Below, one piece after another: positions 49,283-62,917 of a stretch of DNA of 64,000 nucleotides. Made by a program: the position numbers and the translations under genes. Each line of letters begins with the position of its first letter. Positions within the stretch are counted from its first letter, which is position 1. This stretch comes from Spizellomyces punctatus DAOM BR117 (taxonomy: Eukaryota), in assembly GCA_000182565.2 (NCBI GenBank), contig KQ257452.1; one strand, given 5' to 3'. Under the pieces are notes generated by a model that made no database searches, was not told the DNA's origin, and worked only from the letters and a program-made list of their open reading frames with translations.

Positions 49283-49847
49283 GGTACACCGCAGAGAGTT
49301 ATGGACGACGGGGGAGGATTCGGCGGTTTACGGATTTCTAAAAAGCAAACATCTTTATAGCCGGAAGGAAGAACGCGTATCAGTAGACCAGGGAATGTAA
49401 GGGAGCAAAAGTCGTAAGCAAGCAAAAAGAAGCGGAGGAATGGAAGGCAACTTTAAACAAAAACACGATGCGTGACGGACCGAATCGCGTTAGGTAAGCG
49501 GATACCCGCTTCGAAAGGCACGTGACTCTGTTGGGTATATCCAGATTCTGGCCTTGTATGCAACCAAACTGTCGTATGCTTCCTTGTCTGCACTTTTGAT
49601 GGTTTAAAAGATTTGGTGTTGGTGTTGTGTTTATGGCTACAGGGGTCAGCGCATATGTGCATTAGCCGAACTCGCAGTTGATATTCCTCCATTGGTCACT
49701 GTCGTAAATTATCAGCCCGCTTTACGGTTCGCCTTTGCCGTAAACCTGTCACCAGCAGCTCCATAAAGGCTTGCATCCAAAGTTGTCGGCGGTGCCGGGG
49801 GCTTCAGGTGGAGCATAGTTTAGTGTAGTACACCTGGCCGTTAAGAT

Positions 49848-52806
49848 ATGTCAAAGAAAGGCAACATGCTGACTTCTGACTTGACGGCACCGGCGCCGAA
49901 GATTACTCTGCGTAGTGAGTCTTACGGCTGCCTGTCTTTATTCATGTTTTGCATTACGACGAATCATCTCTGGTAATATCTTCACAGTGCCGACCAAACG
50001 TTCTTCTCCTGAGGATACCTACGTCAACGGAAATGCCATAAAGAAACGAAAGAGTGACATTGCGAATCAGGGGCAAGCTATACCTGCACCGGAGGAAGGC
50101 GATGAGAATGCTCGTATTCATGAGCATTATACCGATCCTTCGAGATTCGCAAAGTTGAGGGTGGAGGATGAGCAGATTGGCATTGAAAGTCGGGAGAATA
50201 TCCAAAAAGATACTGTGACCCATTTATTCTCGCAAGACTACACGTTTTTGGCTCAGAAGCCCGATCACCGCACGCGCCCAATATGGGTTTGCGACGATGG
50301 CCGTATCATTTTAGAAGCATTCTCTCCACTTGCCACCCAGGCACAGGACTTTCTCATAACAATAGCGGAACCAGTCAGTCGACCCGCACGAGTACATGAA
50401 TTCAAACTTACTGCCTATTCCCTCTATGCTGCTGTCTCGGTGGGAATGGAAACGCACACCATCTTGGATGTACTGGAAAGGTTTTCCAAAGTCAAGCTGC
50501 CCGAACGGGTGCGAAATTTTATCAAAGAATGTACGATGGCATATGGGAAAGTGAAGTTAGTTCTTAAGGATAACAGGTATGGTCGATTAGTTAGCACGCA
50601 GTTATAGCCAGTACTAGGCGAAATTGAAAGCCATCAATCTCCCGAAGAAGTCCTGATTGATATTTCATTGCTGCCCAATCCGTAGATATTTCATAGAGTC
50701 TACTTACCCGGAAGTCTTGAAAAGGCTGCTATCCAATCTTGATATCGCCAAAGCCAGAGTCGTGCGTGAAGATGACAACGCCATTCTATCCTTTGGGTCT
50801 AAACCAAAAGAACTCGCGGAGCAAGTGAATGGAAAAACGAACGGAACCAGCGGTGGTAACGATAATCCTGATAACTTTGGAGCCGTAATCACTTTAGATG
50901 AGGATGAGGATATTGATGACGAATCAGAATTTGTGCATTCCTTTGAAATTGAGAAATCGCAGGTTGAAGAAGTCAAAAAGCATTGTATTGGCATGGACTA
51001 TCCACTTATGGAAGAGTACGACTTTCGTCATGATGCCCTCACACCGAATTTGGATATTGATCTCAGTCCAAAAACAACGATTCGTGACTATCAAGAAAAA
51101 AGTTTGAGCAAAATGTTCGGTGGCGGAGGAGGACGTGCGAGGTCGGGTATCATTGTACTACCCACTGGTGCTGGAAAGACCCTTGTCGGAATTACAGCGG
51201 CTTGCACTGTCAAGAAGAGCACGTTGGTTCTCTGTACCAATGCCCTTTCTGTTGAGCAATGGGCTAGGGAATTCCGCAATTGGTCAACTGTCAAAGAGGG
51301 ACAGATCGCAAAGTTCACGGCTGATGATAAGAAGAAGTTTGTCGGTGACGCTGGTATCGTTGTATCTACCTACACGATGATATCTCATTCAGGAAAACGG
51401 TCATGGGAAACCGCCCGCATGATCGAGTGGATCAATACGGTAGAATGGGGATTGTTGATTCTTGATGAAGTCCATGTTGTCCCGGCCAACGTATTCAGAA
51501 GAGTTTTAACCACGGTTTCCGCGCACACCAAACTCGGCCTAACAGCGACGCTTGTTCGTGAGGATGATAAGATCGAAGATTTGAACTTCTTGATTGGACC
51601 AAAGTTGTATGAGGCGAATTGGATGGATCTGGCACAGAGAGGGCACATTGCCAAAGTTGAGGTATACCTAAAGCGTCCTGCAGCCTATTTTCTTATCAGT
51701 CAAACTCAGCTCCAATTGTTATTTAGGCCACGGAAATATGGTGCGGAATGACGTCTGATTTCTACCAAGAATACCTTGAGTCTCGGCCAGGGTATGTGAT
51801 TATATTGGCTTCTTCTAAGACCTCAATGTGATTTGCCCATTGTTTTCTCTTTTTTTTTGGTTTTTCATTCGCTCCATAGAAAACGGCGCTTATTGTCGGT
51901 CATGAATCCTAGCAAGTTTCAAGCATGCGAATATCTCATCAAACAGCGAGAGGCTGCTGGTGATAAGATCATCGTGTTTTCTGATAATGTTTTTGCGTTG
52001 GACGTAAGCAGCGAAATCCTAAATCCTACATTCTCGGTTTGACGGTTATGCCTGACATCTCTTTGTCGTATCTCATGTAGTATTACGCTAAGAAGATGGG
52101 CAAGCCGTTTATTTATGGTGGAACAGCACACTCCGAGCGACAAGTAGTCCTCGCGCGGTTCAGGGGAGACACTCCACAGTCATATCAGACCGTTTTTCTG
52201 TCCAAAGTTGGGGATACCTCACTCGATTTACCAGAAGCAACGTGTCTGATACAAATTAGTAGTCAGTTTGGCAGTCGTCGACAAGAGGCACAGCGAATGG
52301 GACGAATTCTGCGGGCGAAGCGACGAAACGAGGAAGGATTCCGTAGTCGTTTCTACACACTAGTCAGCAGGGACACAGATGAGGTTCAATTTAGCGCCAA
52401 GAGGAAAAGATTCTTGATCGATCAAGGCTATGAATATAAGGTATGGGTCATCACAGTTGCAACATTAATTTATGGCGATTGACTTACGCCAGTAACCGCA
52501 TAGGTCGTCGCCAATCTTGAGCAACTGATACCACCAGAGGAGCGAGGGAAGCTCCACCTGTCTAGTCGAAGGGAACAGGTCGAACTCCTCGAGCAGATAA
52601 GGAGCCTAAGCGTCGATGCCAGTGGAGATACAATGGGTGAGGAGGACGGATCAGCAAGTGACTTACCGAGACCACGATTTGGGGGCAGTAAGGCTAAGAA
52701 ATTAGAAGAGGCTGCCAGAAGGGCAGAAAGACAGAGGAAGGAGGAAGCAAAAGCAAAAGAAAAGACAAAGCATTCGCTTTTCAAAAGTTGGAGGGCAGGG
52801 AAATAG
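49848..52806 (+). CDS. SSL2: TFIIH helicase XPB (Ssl2/Rad25)
   Basis: [57 protein letters not shown]. Confidence 0.97.
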
Positions 52807-53180
52807 TATTCTCATCGCGCGCGGTCGTCAGAAAGTTGAATCCTGGTCATGTATACATAAAACTCATTCAAAACATAAAACTGTCGCTTCATTCGTTGTG
52901 AAGATTGGCATTGCATTTTGTACTTTTGATCGTATCGCTTTGATGTCAGCATGATTAGGTAACGCGTGACTCCAAGATCTGCACTGATGCGCGATTTTGA
53001 GGACACACCAGAGGTATGAGTCCAAAGGTGAGCAGTACATTGAAAACATGTGAACGTAAATGTGTCCTCTTTTACAAATTTTTTGAATTTGCACTTTAGC
53101 CATATTCGAAGCGTACTACATCCTCGAAGCGGGTAGATGAAAATGCATGGTTGGACGCCGAGCTGACGAAGCTAACAGCA

Positions 53181-56130
53181 ATGACAAAGGGAGACATCCC
53201 TACGACTACAGTTAAGAATAGCAAAAGTCGTCGTGACCGCCACGGAGGAGAAATCCTATCCGAGTCCATTGATGTGCTATCTGAGAATCACGGCGGTGAA
53301 CAGGAGAGGACCTTGTCGCATGATGATTACGAAGAAGATTTTGAAGTAAGTCATGCACAAAGATTGCATATCTAAAGGGCCACTGCAGTCCTTCCTTTAA
53401 CATACCGCTGATCGTCAGAACTTGCTATGCTATTTTGATGTAAGGATTACGAAGAGGATTTTGAAGATTTCGAAGATTTTCAAGATGAGGAGCGTCCAAA
53501 ACCTAGCCAGCCTGAGGGAGTAGTAAAGAATTTGCTAATCCTGCGGGAGAAATCACTAGTTGAAATAAGCGAGGTGAGATTTATGTGTTCATGAAGATTA
53601 CTCTACATATATGAACCAGGTAGTGCAGGTACAAAAAGCGCTGCAAGCGGAAAATCAAAGAGCATCGTCACGGCAGGAGCAGCGTGCAAAGTACGAGGAG
53701 GAGCAATTCAGTAAGCTGATGATCATTTTGTTGTGATTTCCGCGTCGTATAAGCGTACTAAAGATGTGATTGTTAAAGCAAAGCGGGAGCGGACTGGTTC
53801 TGCCCTTCCTCAACGCAAAAGAGTAGGGCTTGAAAATGCGTTAAAACAAGCTCAAAGAGCCAAAACTTTGTCTCATGCTGAACGGCGACAGGCAAAAAGA
53901 GCAAAGGTGGATGATCATTTCTTCTTATATAAGCACGTAGTGTATGTTTGCATTTTGACAATTAACAATAAGTGCCCCAGGATCTTAGCAATATGGTGAC
54001 CCTTGATGTTTGCTTTTACGATGTCTTCGATTTGCATCCGATGAATGAATATGAACTGTACATTCGGAATTTTGGAAGTTCAAATGCCGTACAGGTAAAT
54101 TCTGGCAGATGAAATAAAACCATTCTCGTACTTACAACATTTGGAAAGGCTGCAACTCAAAGTAATGAAGATCGCACAGACCAGGACATGCAGACAGACG
54201 TATGGCCAACTGACGTCAAATGGGTTCAATGTCCTCCCGATCAATTTACGGATTCTGGCAGTGGTAATCCATTAACCCATTCAACGGGGCATTTGCGATC
54301 CAACAGCAAAATACTAGACGTCGTAGCGAAGGTCGATTCAGTGCGTCTATCAAACTTTTTACAGCGGTCATCTCAAGTTATGGATATTTTACTGGAGGAG
54401 AGCACAGCAGCGATGGGAATCTCGAGTGGTTTTGCGGAACAGAGTTCACTGAATATCAGTCAAGGGGTTACTACACTTCAACAACAGAAAAATTTGAGTG
54501 GTATGTAAACAGTACTCGCAAGATTTGCGACGGGGAGCGATGCCAACGTCTTTCTCAAAGGTCGTCAGATTCGCGACGTTTGCTATTCCACAACGGATTA
54601 TCGTCTTTTGTTGGTTGCCTATTCTATGGCATCTGGGGAGCAGGAGAAGGATATCCTCGGCGATAAAGGCATCCTGTGTTTATGGCAGTTGAGCGACCCA
54701 ACGGTCCCATACCGGTAAATTCTCGTGGAAATGCTTGGTTCATCGCCTATGCATTGTCAAGTAAATCTCTTGCATCTCTCTACAGTGTACTCGTTTGTGA
54801 AGGCGACCCAACATGTTGTTGCTTCGCTCCCACCAAGCCATATCTGGTCTTTGCAGGCACAGGGGATGGTAGCGTTCTAGCTTGGAACCTCCAAGAATCT
54901 CCATCGTTGCATCGTAAAGTCATAATTGATGGGCAAGAAATACTCCTTCGGTACCCTAGTTATAGCACCAGCGGAATATATACACTGAAAGGCACCCACG
55001 ACGAACCTATTCGAAATATAATGGCGTTGCATCAATATCGACCGGCGAGGGAGGATAACTGGCATGCGGCTCTTGGTGTGTCATCGGAACTAGAGGGTCA
55101 GTCGTTTCAAGTGGCATCATTGGATGAGAGCGGTTGGATGCACATTTGGGTACGTTCACGAGATTGCATTAGAATTTGAAAATGCACAAGATTAACCGTC
55201 GTATCCATAGGCTGTGGTGGAGCTACGCAGTGAATCCATTACGGCATCGGAGTTGGATTTCGGTATGGCAATTGGAGGTAGACTGAAGCTCATTCGCAGC
55301 ACGGGATTCAAAATCTCCCTCCCACGCAGGTGGATAAAATCTTTGACATATGGACGCTTAAAGTCCTAATACTAAATCGCTATCTCGAAAACAGCCAAAC
55401 ACGGTCAGCAGTAACCGACCTGAGAGTTCTTGACTGCAAATTCCGCACCAATGATATCGATCGCTTTATCGTCGGTACAGATATTGGCACAATTATACAC
55501 GAGTCACGCTTCCGAAATCGCTGCAACCCACGTACATACAACCTCAAAGAGACCACAATAGCCCAAATTGATGGTGTTAGTTCATTGGATTTCTGTCCAC
55601 ACGATCCTCGACTTTTTCTGGCAGGATACACATCAGGAATGGTTGGTATGTTTGCTGCAAATGAGGCGACGGCGATCATGAGATGGACGGTTTCTAAAGG
55701 TCCAGTGAGACTTGTACGGTGGTCTCCCCATCGGCCGGCTGTATTTTACGTGCTGGATGAGACGGGTACGCTCCATGTGTGGGATTTATCGGAAAGTGAA
55801 GCTCAGGCGACCCAGGTGGTCAAGGCAACCAAGACTGGCGACAATGGGCGGATTGTTACATTTGCCCTAAGTCCGACCATAGTGTCAGCTGCATCAACAG
55901 TTTCCCACGCCAATCTGGCGGCGGCTTCAGGCAGAAATGCCACGATAATGCTCGGATACGCAGATGGAACTATGGAAGTGCATTTGTTGGACAGTACGTT
56001 AGCAGAAAGGGCGATAGATGAGGAACATGTCCTTGCATCGTATGTGGGTGGAACTCGAGTAAGCCAAAATGCAGGGAAGGAGGATGAGGAGATGTATGAA
56101 AATGATCATGATTCCGTGTATGATGCATGA
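53181..56130 (+). CDS. WDR60: Dynein-2 intermediate chain WDR60/DYNC2I1-like (WD40)
   Basis: YEEDFEDYEEDFE acidic motif; DLHPMNEYELYIRNFG...Q.NEDR.D..MQTD; WD40 repeats with WSPHRPAVFYVLD. Confidence 0.85.
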
Positions 56131-56439
56131 CGTCTTTTGGTTTCCTGTAAACTTTGTATATATGGATTGAGGGAAAATACTCTGTAAATTCCATCATTTG
56201 GCGCGGGTAGGAGGGATGCAATGAAGAATCTGCCAGTCTCCGGCAGCATAGGTTCTGGACGGATACCAAACAGTCAAGTTAGCAAGACGCAGCAAGGTCG
56301 CATCTTAAGGTACTTGGTGGGGGGCTGACGCACAAGTTAGTGGCAACCACAATACGAATATGAAGCGAGCAAACAACGAATCTTAAAAATGTGAGCGTTG
56401 ACTCGCCAATTAAAAATAATGTATGGTGCCATGCTGTTG

Positions 56440-59400
56440 CTACAGAAAATTATCATATGTGCCATTCTGCCCCGCAAAGAGGGAGCTGGCATCCCTCTCT
56501 GCAACAGGTTGACCTTGCTCTTTCACCCCATTTACATCTGGCTCCCTGTGCGTCTCCTCTGTCTCCTCCTCCCCATTGCCATCCCCATCTCCGTCCTCGT
56601 CTTCTTCCTCATCCTCATCTTCGATCACTTCGCCGTGTGCCTTCAATCGTTCTCGGTATTTTTGCAGCTGAGTGTCTTGGTCCGCAAGGCAAACAAGAAG
56701 GTCTTCTTGCTCCGATTCAAGCTCGGCGTACTTGGAGGATTGTTCGCTTAACGCATTTTGCAAATTTTGTATGGTTCGTTGGAGGGATTCGATCTGTTGT
56801 GTATAAGCAGTTGCCTAAGATTGTAACCAGTGAGGAAAATGAGGATTTCTTGCCGGTACGAATGCCAGGGCTAGGATCTTACTTGCTCAGCGACCTGTGC
56901 CTCTAGTATCGGTACTGCTTCCCGAAGCTTGGTAAGCTCCTTTTCCTGTTTTGCTATTATGTCTTTATATGATTGTACCACGGACTCGTCTGCTTCTGCA
57001 TTGGGACATGATAAAGTTCCACCCATTCTGTAAGCACCTGCCGACTGCGAGCAAGTAAGAAGCTCTTCCCACTTACGCGCAACCTTCTTTTTCGGTGGGC
57101 TTCCCCTAGGGGTTACGGTCGTTATCGCCTTCGCAATTGCATCTGCCGACCAGAAAAATACCCGAATCATCAGAAACGGCAGGGCCGTTTTATGACGAGA
57201 AAAAGCCTCACAGTACCATGACTGGTTTTGAACAGGTCCACAAACATAGAGTCGAAAAACACTTCTGGCTGGCCGTCAGGTCCTATCGCGGTCTCTTTCT
57301 ACGAGTGTATAGATGATGCACTTTAGGAATGAACGAGGATTCAAAGAAAAGCGTTCCATAATACCTTCAGAATATGTTGAGAAGTGTTATTCAATTCCTT
57401 CGACTCCCGCAAACGTTCCATGCGACTAACATACACGTCCGCGCCAATACGGCTTGTGACTAGCGACTGCAGATTCGCGCTATAAACCAACGTTGAGTCA
57501 GCACATCTTTTTGGCGGACGATTTTATGCGGAGCTTAAACACACCGAGTGAACTCTGGTTCCGAATCGTCGTTGTACTCATACAACAAGCCGAGCAGAAA
57601 AGCGGCAACACCTTGCAGTAGCGGATTAACTGAAGATTGATTGATTTGCGCTACCAACTATGGCAAGCGTCAACTCTTGAGTACGTCAAGGTTCAGAATT
57701 CGTTCAAGGATACCCACAAACTGAATGTTGGACCCTTCCGTAAGTAACTCCTTCACAGCTTCTGGACACTCGTGCACCCATATGCAAAGGAGTGAAAGGA
57801 TGCCGATTGAAATTCGCACATCTGATCCCTCGCTGCTGGCGTTGAAGAGGGCGAACATGCATCTATGAAGTAAGGATATGGATTCTGTAAATGAAGTGGG
57901 ATAAGTGGGCTATTAAGAATTCGTTGAACATCATTCATACTATATCGTCTGATCCTTACCTTCATCGTCATCAAGCTTAGTCGCCAACGCCCATTGTTGG
58001 CATTGTGAGTTCCCATGGAGGATATGTGAGAGTAACGTAGCAGCAAACCAGGTTGCAAAGGGGTCCTTCCTTGATACATCCCGGTCCAAAATGGATGAGA
58101 TCAGAAGCGAGCCGGCTGATTCAGGCTTATCTATTGTCATCAACCTCAGTACTTTTATGTGGATTAGCATTTCATTGGATTTATACCTGTGCTTTGAGCG
58201 TTCGGGTTGTCTGGTGGAGGTGGTGTTAGAGTTGAAAGCACTGCTAGTTGTGCATCGGCGTTATTATATACATAGCACTACATATTGATCTGTAAGTAAC
58301 AACATAACATTCAGAAATCATGTGGATTACCACACCTCAAAGACGTAAGCGGCAGCCGCGCGTAAGGGAAATTCTCCTCCATTTAGGGCCAGCTGTATCA
58401 GATAGAGAACAGTAGGAACCGGGGGTGCGTTCCGGCGTTCGGCAGAGGTGGCAGGAATCGTGCTTCGTGCCGTTAAATCTTGATTTGCCTTGTGCCCCCG
58501 TACAACATCACCCAAAGCATAAAGTGCCTGGGTTTTGACTTTGACAGGTATTCGAGCAGAGAGACCAATTTCTATCAATACAGGCACAATCTTTGCGTGA
58601 TTCATGACATTCTAGACGCAAAGACCATCATCAGGTATAGCTCGGCTGCGAGAGAACTTATGAGGCGGCGAATTACCTGGTTTACCGCTGCACTTGGATT
58701 CTTCGGAGCTGCCAAGATCCTAACAAGCTCAAGGACCAAGACCGCATTCACGATCTTCTGGTCCGCCCATACGATACTTTCATGCGACAGTGGAATATCC
58801 ACTGGTGTGGAACGATCGGGTAACATTGTGCGCACGGTGAGTAGAGACGGTATTCGCTGTATACAGCTGGTTTCGCGGAACAAGTTCTATATGGGATTGC
58901 CGTAAAAGTTAGCACCACACACAATTGGAAGCGTAACACTTGCCACGATAGGTAATAGTCGTCCCATACCTGATTTGAGACGTTATACTTCAACAAGTTA
59001 TGCGTCAGCTGCAGACAGTCTTGAACTATAATACCACCGTCAGTGGCGCCTTCTTCCAAGATAATTCCTAGGAGTCTTTCAAACGCGTTTTCAAATGCAA
59101 TGATTTTCTGGATGTCGGCATTGTTTTGGGTGAGCCCGATCAAAAGAAGGAGGCCCTCTAACATGCAAATCTGTTAACCTCTATAAGCTCCACGCGCAAA
59201 CAAACACGGGCAACTACCATTGCGAATAATTTCTCGTCGATCATCCAATAAATCAATAAGCCTATTCCATGCAGTTCACGTATTAGGATTCCCGAAATGG
59301 TCGACCATACCTTGTGCAGGAAGCTGTTCACTTACCGGGAGATGCCAAGTGGACTCGTCAGAATGCAATCTTGCAGTCTGGCTCCAGTGTTTTGAAGAAG

Positions 59401-60114
59401 CGTACTCAAAAGCTGCACGGTATTAAACCGGACATAGAAGTCGACTTCCTCCAAAATGTCAAGCAATAAAGTGACGTTTGCTGGGTCCTGCGGGGTCGGT
59501 GTCGTCAGGTATATTTCTTGCCCCCCACGCGTCTCTCATTGACCGAACCTTTGTATAAATCTCTGTAAACATGACACCTAAGTCATTCGGATCGTCAGCG
59601 CCCTTTGGAGTTGTAGGTAAAGTTTTAGCCCAGTGCGTTGGTGCGTCCCTTGAAGCCCGTGTTGAGAAAACATTCGTGTCCTACCCCTTTGTTCGGCGTA
59701 TCCAAAGTGCATAGCACATTCAAAGTTTCTACAGTGGCCTTTACAATGTCCACATCCATGCGGTCGTTCCGTAATACATTGATGAGAACCGGCATACCCT
59801 TCGTCCCTACTTCCTGCACACGTGTGTTAACATCAGTAGACTTTCTTATAAATTGCATTCGGACTATCAGTACACTACGCAATCCCACAGTCCCAACAGA
59901 CTATCTATCTCTGCGACTTGGGACTCTTTCATTTGCTACTAACCAATTTCCAGTCTCGAGCCAGGCCTTTCAAGCCCATCACCGCGGCTCTCCGGTCCTC
60001 CAGCAATGTCGAGTTCTGCACTCTGTCACATAGCTTATGAACCGTTTCCGCCCCAGATTGAGGAGTACCTTTATCGCCTCTTAATGCCGAGTATCCTTGG
60101 AAAAAAACATTCAT
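56440..60114 (-). CDS. USO1: Vesicle tether Uso1/p115 (multi-exon)
   Basis: ETVHKLCDRVQNSTLLEDRRAAV, IQKIIAFENAFERL, DGGIIVQDCL, C-terminal EQEDLLVCLADQD and acidic tail. Confidence 0.95.
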
Positions 60115-60261
60115 CTTTGCATGCGATCACAGCACCATTTCATGTCGTTTCAGCATTTGCAGCTCCGGTCCAACTTACGGTTCAAATCGCGTAGCCACGT
60201 GACTGCTCACGCAAGCGCGTTCTGAATGCTGCTTCATCGCCAGGACTTGGTGTCCTTTCAG

Positions 60262-61694
60262 ATGGGTGAGAGATATCATGCCAGTTCTAGAGAAAATCAA
60301 GCTACTTTGCGCCCTTTACGACTGCACCCAATTTATGGGAATAGCGACCTTCAAAGTAGACGGGCAGGAGGAGTGGCCAACTATCCGCATGAAGGAGAAA
60401 CTGATCGTGAGCGTGGGGACACTGCCATAGCACTTTACCCTAGAAGAAACTCCTTTAGATCTTATTCATTACCTCCCGCATTTTCGGGGGAGTCTACAAT
60501 AAATAGAGGAAGAGAGGAAACCACTGACGGAATACTGTCCCGGTTTCGGAACGATCTGCTAGAAGAAGTGCTGATGGAGTTGCTACAGGACGTTGCAGTG
60601 GTACCACTTGACGTTACGATCTATTTCCCTCGCCTTATTATTTTCAAATCTCTTACTCAACTTGTTATTTAGTACAGCATTGGAGAGACTTACCGCTACG
60701 TACCCGGCAGACCCAACAAAAAGCTGTCATCTAACAGCGCCGTAGATTATAGAAGGGCTCTGCTTCAACCTGACATCGTAAGGCGTGCAACATGGTAGTG
60801 CCCGGGCTGTTCTCACGCATGAATTTTCAGATCTGCACCTACGGCTGCACCCACCGGGCCAGTTCCTGCTGTCCTCCTTGCAGTTTCCGGGGTCCCTGCC
60901 AACATCTCATACCAGAAAGCCATCCACCGCGCCGCGATCACACAGATCTAATCCAAATGACAATGATACGGGATTCTGTGATGGATGAAACAATTTCAGA
61001 AATGATTGGGGATGTTGTGATGGTAAATTTTAAAACATTCCGCACCTTATCACCTCAGAACGATTCTTACTGTTAGCATAAAGCACACATTTGGAAAGGC
61101 CCACCCTCAGACGCGCGATAACAAAGTGTGCGACAACATGTTTTCGAGTCTCATCAACTTGATCGTGAAAGATACCGTTCAGGTACCAGCAGCTGCCACA
61201 TGCCCATCACATAGTGTAACTGGACTTGAACACCTCCATCCAGGAAGTCATTAAAGAAGAAGCCCTTGACTACGTTCGTCAATCCAAGGCGGAGGGGATT
61301 TTTCAGTTGATCCTAGAAGATGATCTCATCAAACCAATTATCTACGAGGAGTGGAGTGAGATTGTTCGAAACGTATTATTTGGTGATATCATGATGGAAA
61401 CCCTCCATGATGAAATTAAGGATGCAGTTTTAGAGGCAAAGGATGAGGTATGGGAACATCTTGCTAGAAATTAACTTTCCACTTACCTGTTACTTCAACC
61501 AGATACTTGGAGCAAGAAGTGTCCGCCCACAACGAAAGGCCAAATCTGTGATGCTGGATAACGTCATGGATCATCTGTTCCATCGGATGCTTGTCGCTAG
61601 CCTGATACAACGAATCGCGCGTGATAACCCCGATGCACCAAATGAGGCGACAAATGTGGATGCGGAAACTCTAGAACATTCACAGAGAGAATGA
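60262..61694 (+). CDS. Unknown protein, helical, multi-exon
   Basis: Series of open frames separated by GT-AG introns, acidic helical composition; family not recognised, boundaries approximate. Confidence 0.55.
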
Positions 61695-61784
61695 ACGGAC
61701 AACACGCATGTCCTCGAAGATGGGCAAACCCATGTCTGATGTTAATTAAAGCAACTCTGAATACTGTATATATATCTTTACAGA

Positions 61785-62917
61785 CTAACGCAATATAATG
61801 TATTTATTCGCCTCATCCACTCGGTAGACAAGTTTGTCGCCCATCGCATCCGTTTCGTCCGTGTCGGCTCTATGCGGTGTCCCATTGCTCGGACGGAAGA
61901 GTCTACCACCGTAAACGGAAGATTCTTCCATGGTCATCGTAAAGTCGGGATGATCGCCTATTCAGATTGGCGGTGTAAGCGGTGCGAAGACAATAAGTGA
62001 GATACGGCAACCTACCCGCGATCGTCACCGTCCATCTGAAGAATCTCCTACAAACAGCATCGATAGACACTTGCGCGGACTGATACTCCGGAAATTCAAC
62101 TGATTGACAGGAAGTACAGCTCGCCAGCACGTAAACGTCGCTACATGTAGTCTCAGTGCTGATCGTACACAGCAACATCCGTCCTCGGGAGTGCATACCT
62201 CTTCTTTTCCTCACGCACGAAATCCATGGTAAGGTTTACCAGAGCCATCGTCCGAGAGATTTCTTCGTGTCTACATGGTATCAATTAAATCAGTATTCTG
62301 CTCTGCTTCATGCTGCAGTCCAGTAGCTTGCCAACCCATACGTTGCTTGGCCAGTCGCGAAAAAACTCGAGAGATCATCAATCACAATACAATCCGGTAG
62401 TTCAGGAAGACCGGGTATTGACGTGACATGTGGGAACCAAGCCAAGAACATTCTTAAGGCGTAGGAACTGGTAATGTATCTGTGGAAGATTACATTCGTT
62501 GTTAGTTCATCGCTTTTTGAAGCAGAAGTCGCTAATGACTCCATACCGAATATGAACTCGAGCCAAAACGCTGGGAGTTGGTGGAGAGCTTCCAAGGGGC
62601 ACATAAGGCTGCGTAGCCCGCAAAGCCTCTTTGTTGGAACAAATATACAGTACAGTTTCTCCCCGTCGTGCGTGTTTGAACGCGTACTGAAACAACATGC
62701 ACGATGTCTGGCTAGAGGGCAGATTAAAATAACTTTCACAACTGGAGAACATGTTCGAAGCGTACCACTTTAACGGGCCAAGCAATAGAATCCCTTCCGT
62801 TCCAATGTCCTTGTCAAAGCCGTGTTGGTTAAAGTCATCTTCGAAGCCAAACAGGGATGTCAAGGTGTTTTGGGGCTTCTCATCCTGTGAGGTCTCAGCC
62901 GCCACAACATTCAACAT
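61785..62917 (-). CDS. SWSAP1-like RecA-fold Shu complex subunit
   Basis: ILLLGP..., LFQYAF..A..GETVLYIC, LARVHIRY, PDCIVIDDLSSFF resemble the SWSAP1 layout. Confidence 0.7.

Noticed and set aside
56196-56350. E2F-like TTTGGCGCGGG and GTGGCAAC between WDR60 and USO1
   Set aside because: Lies between convergent 3' ends with no identifiable downstream gene; probably chance
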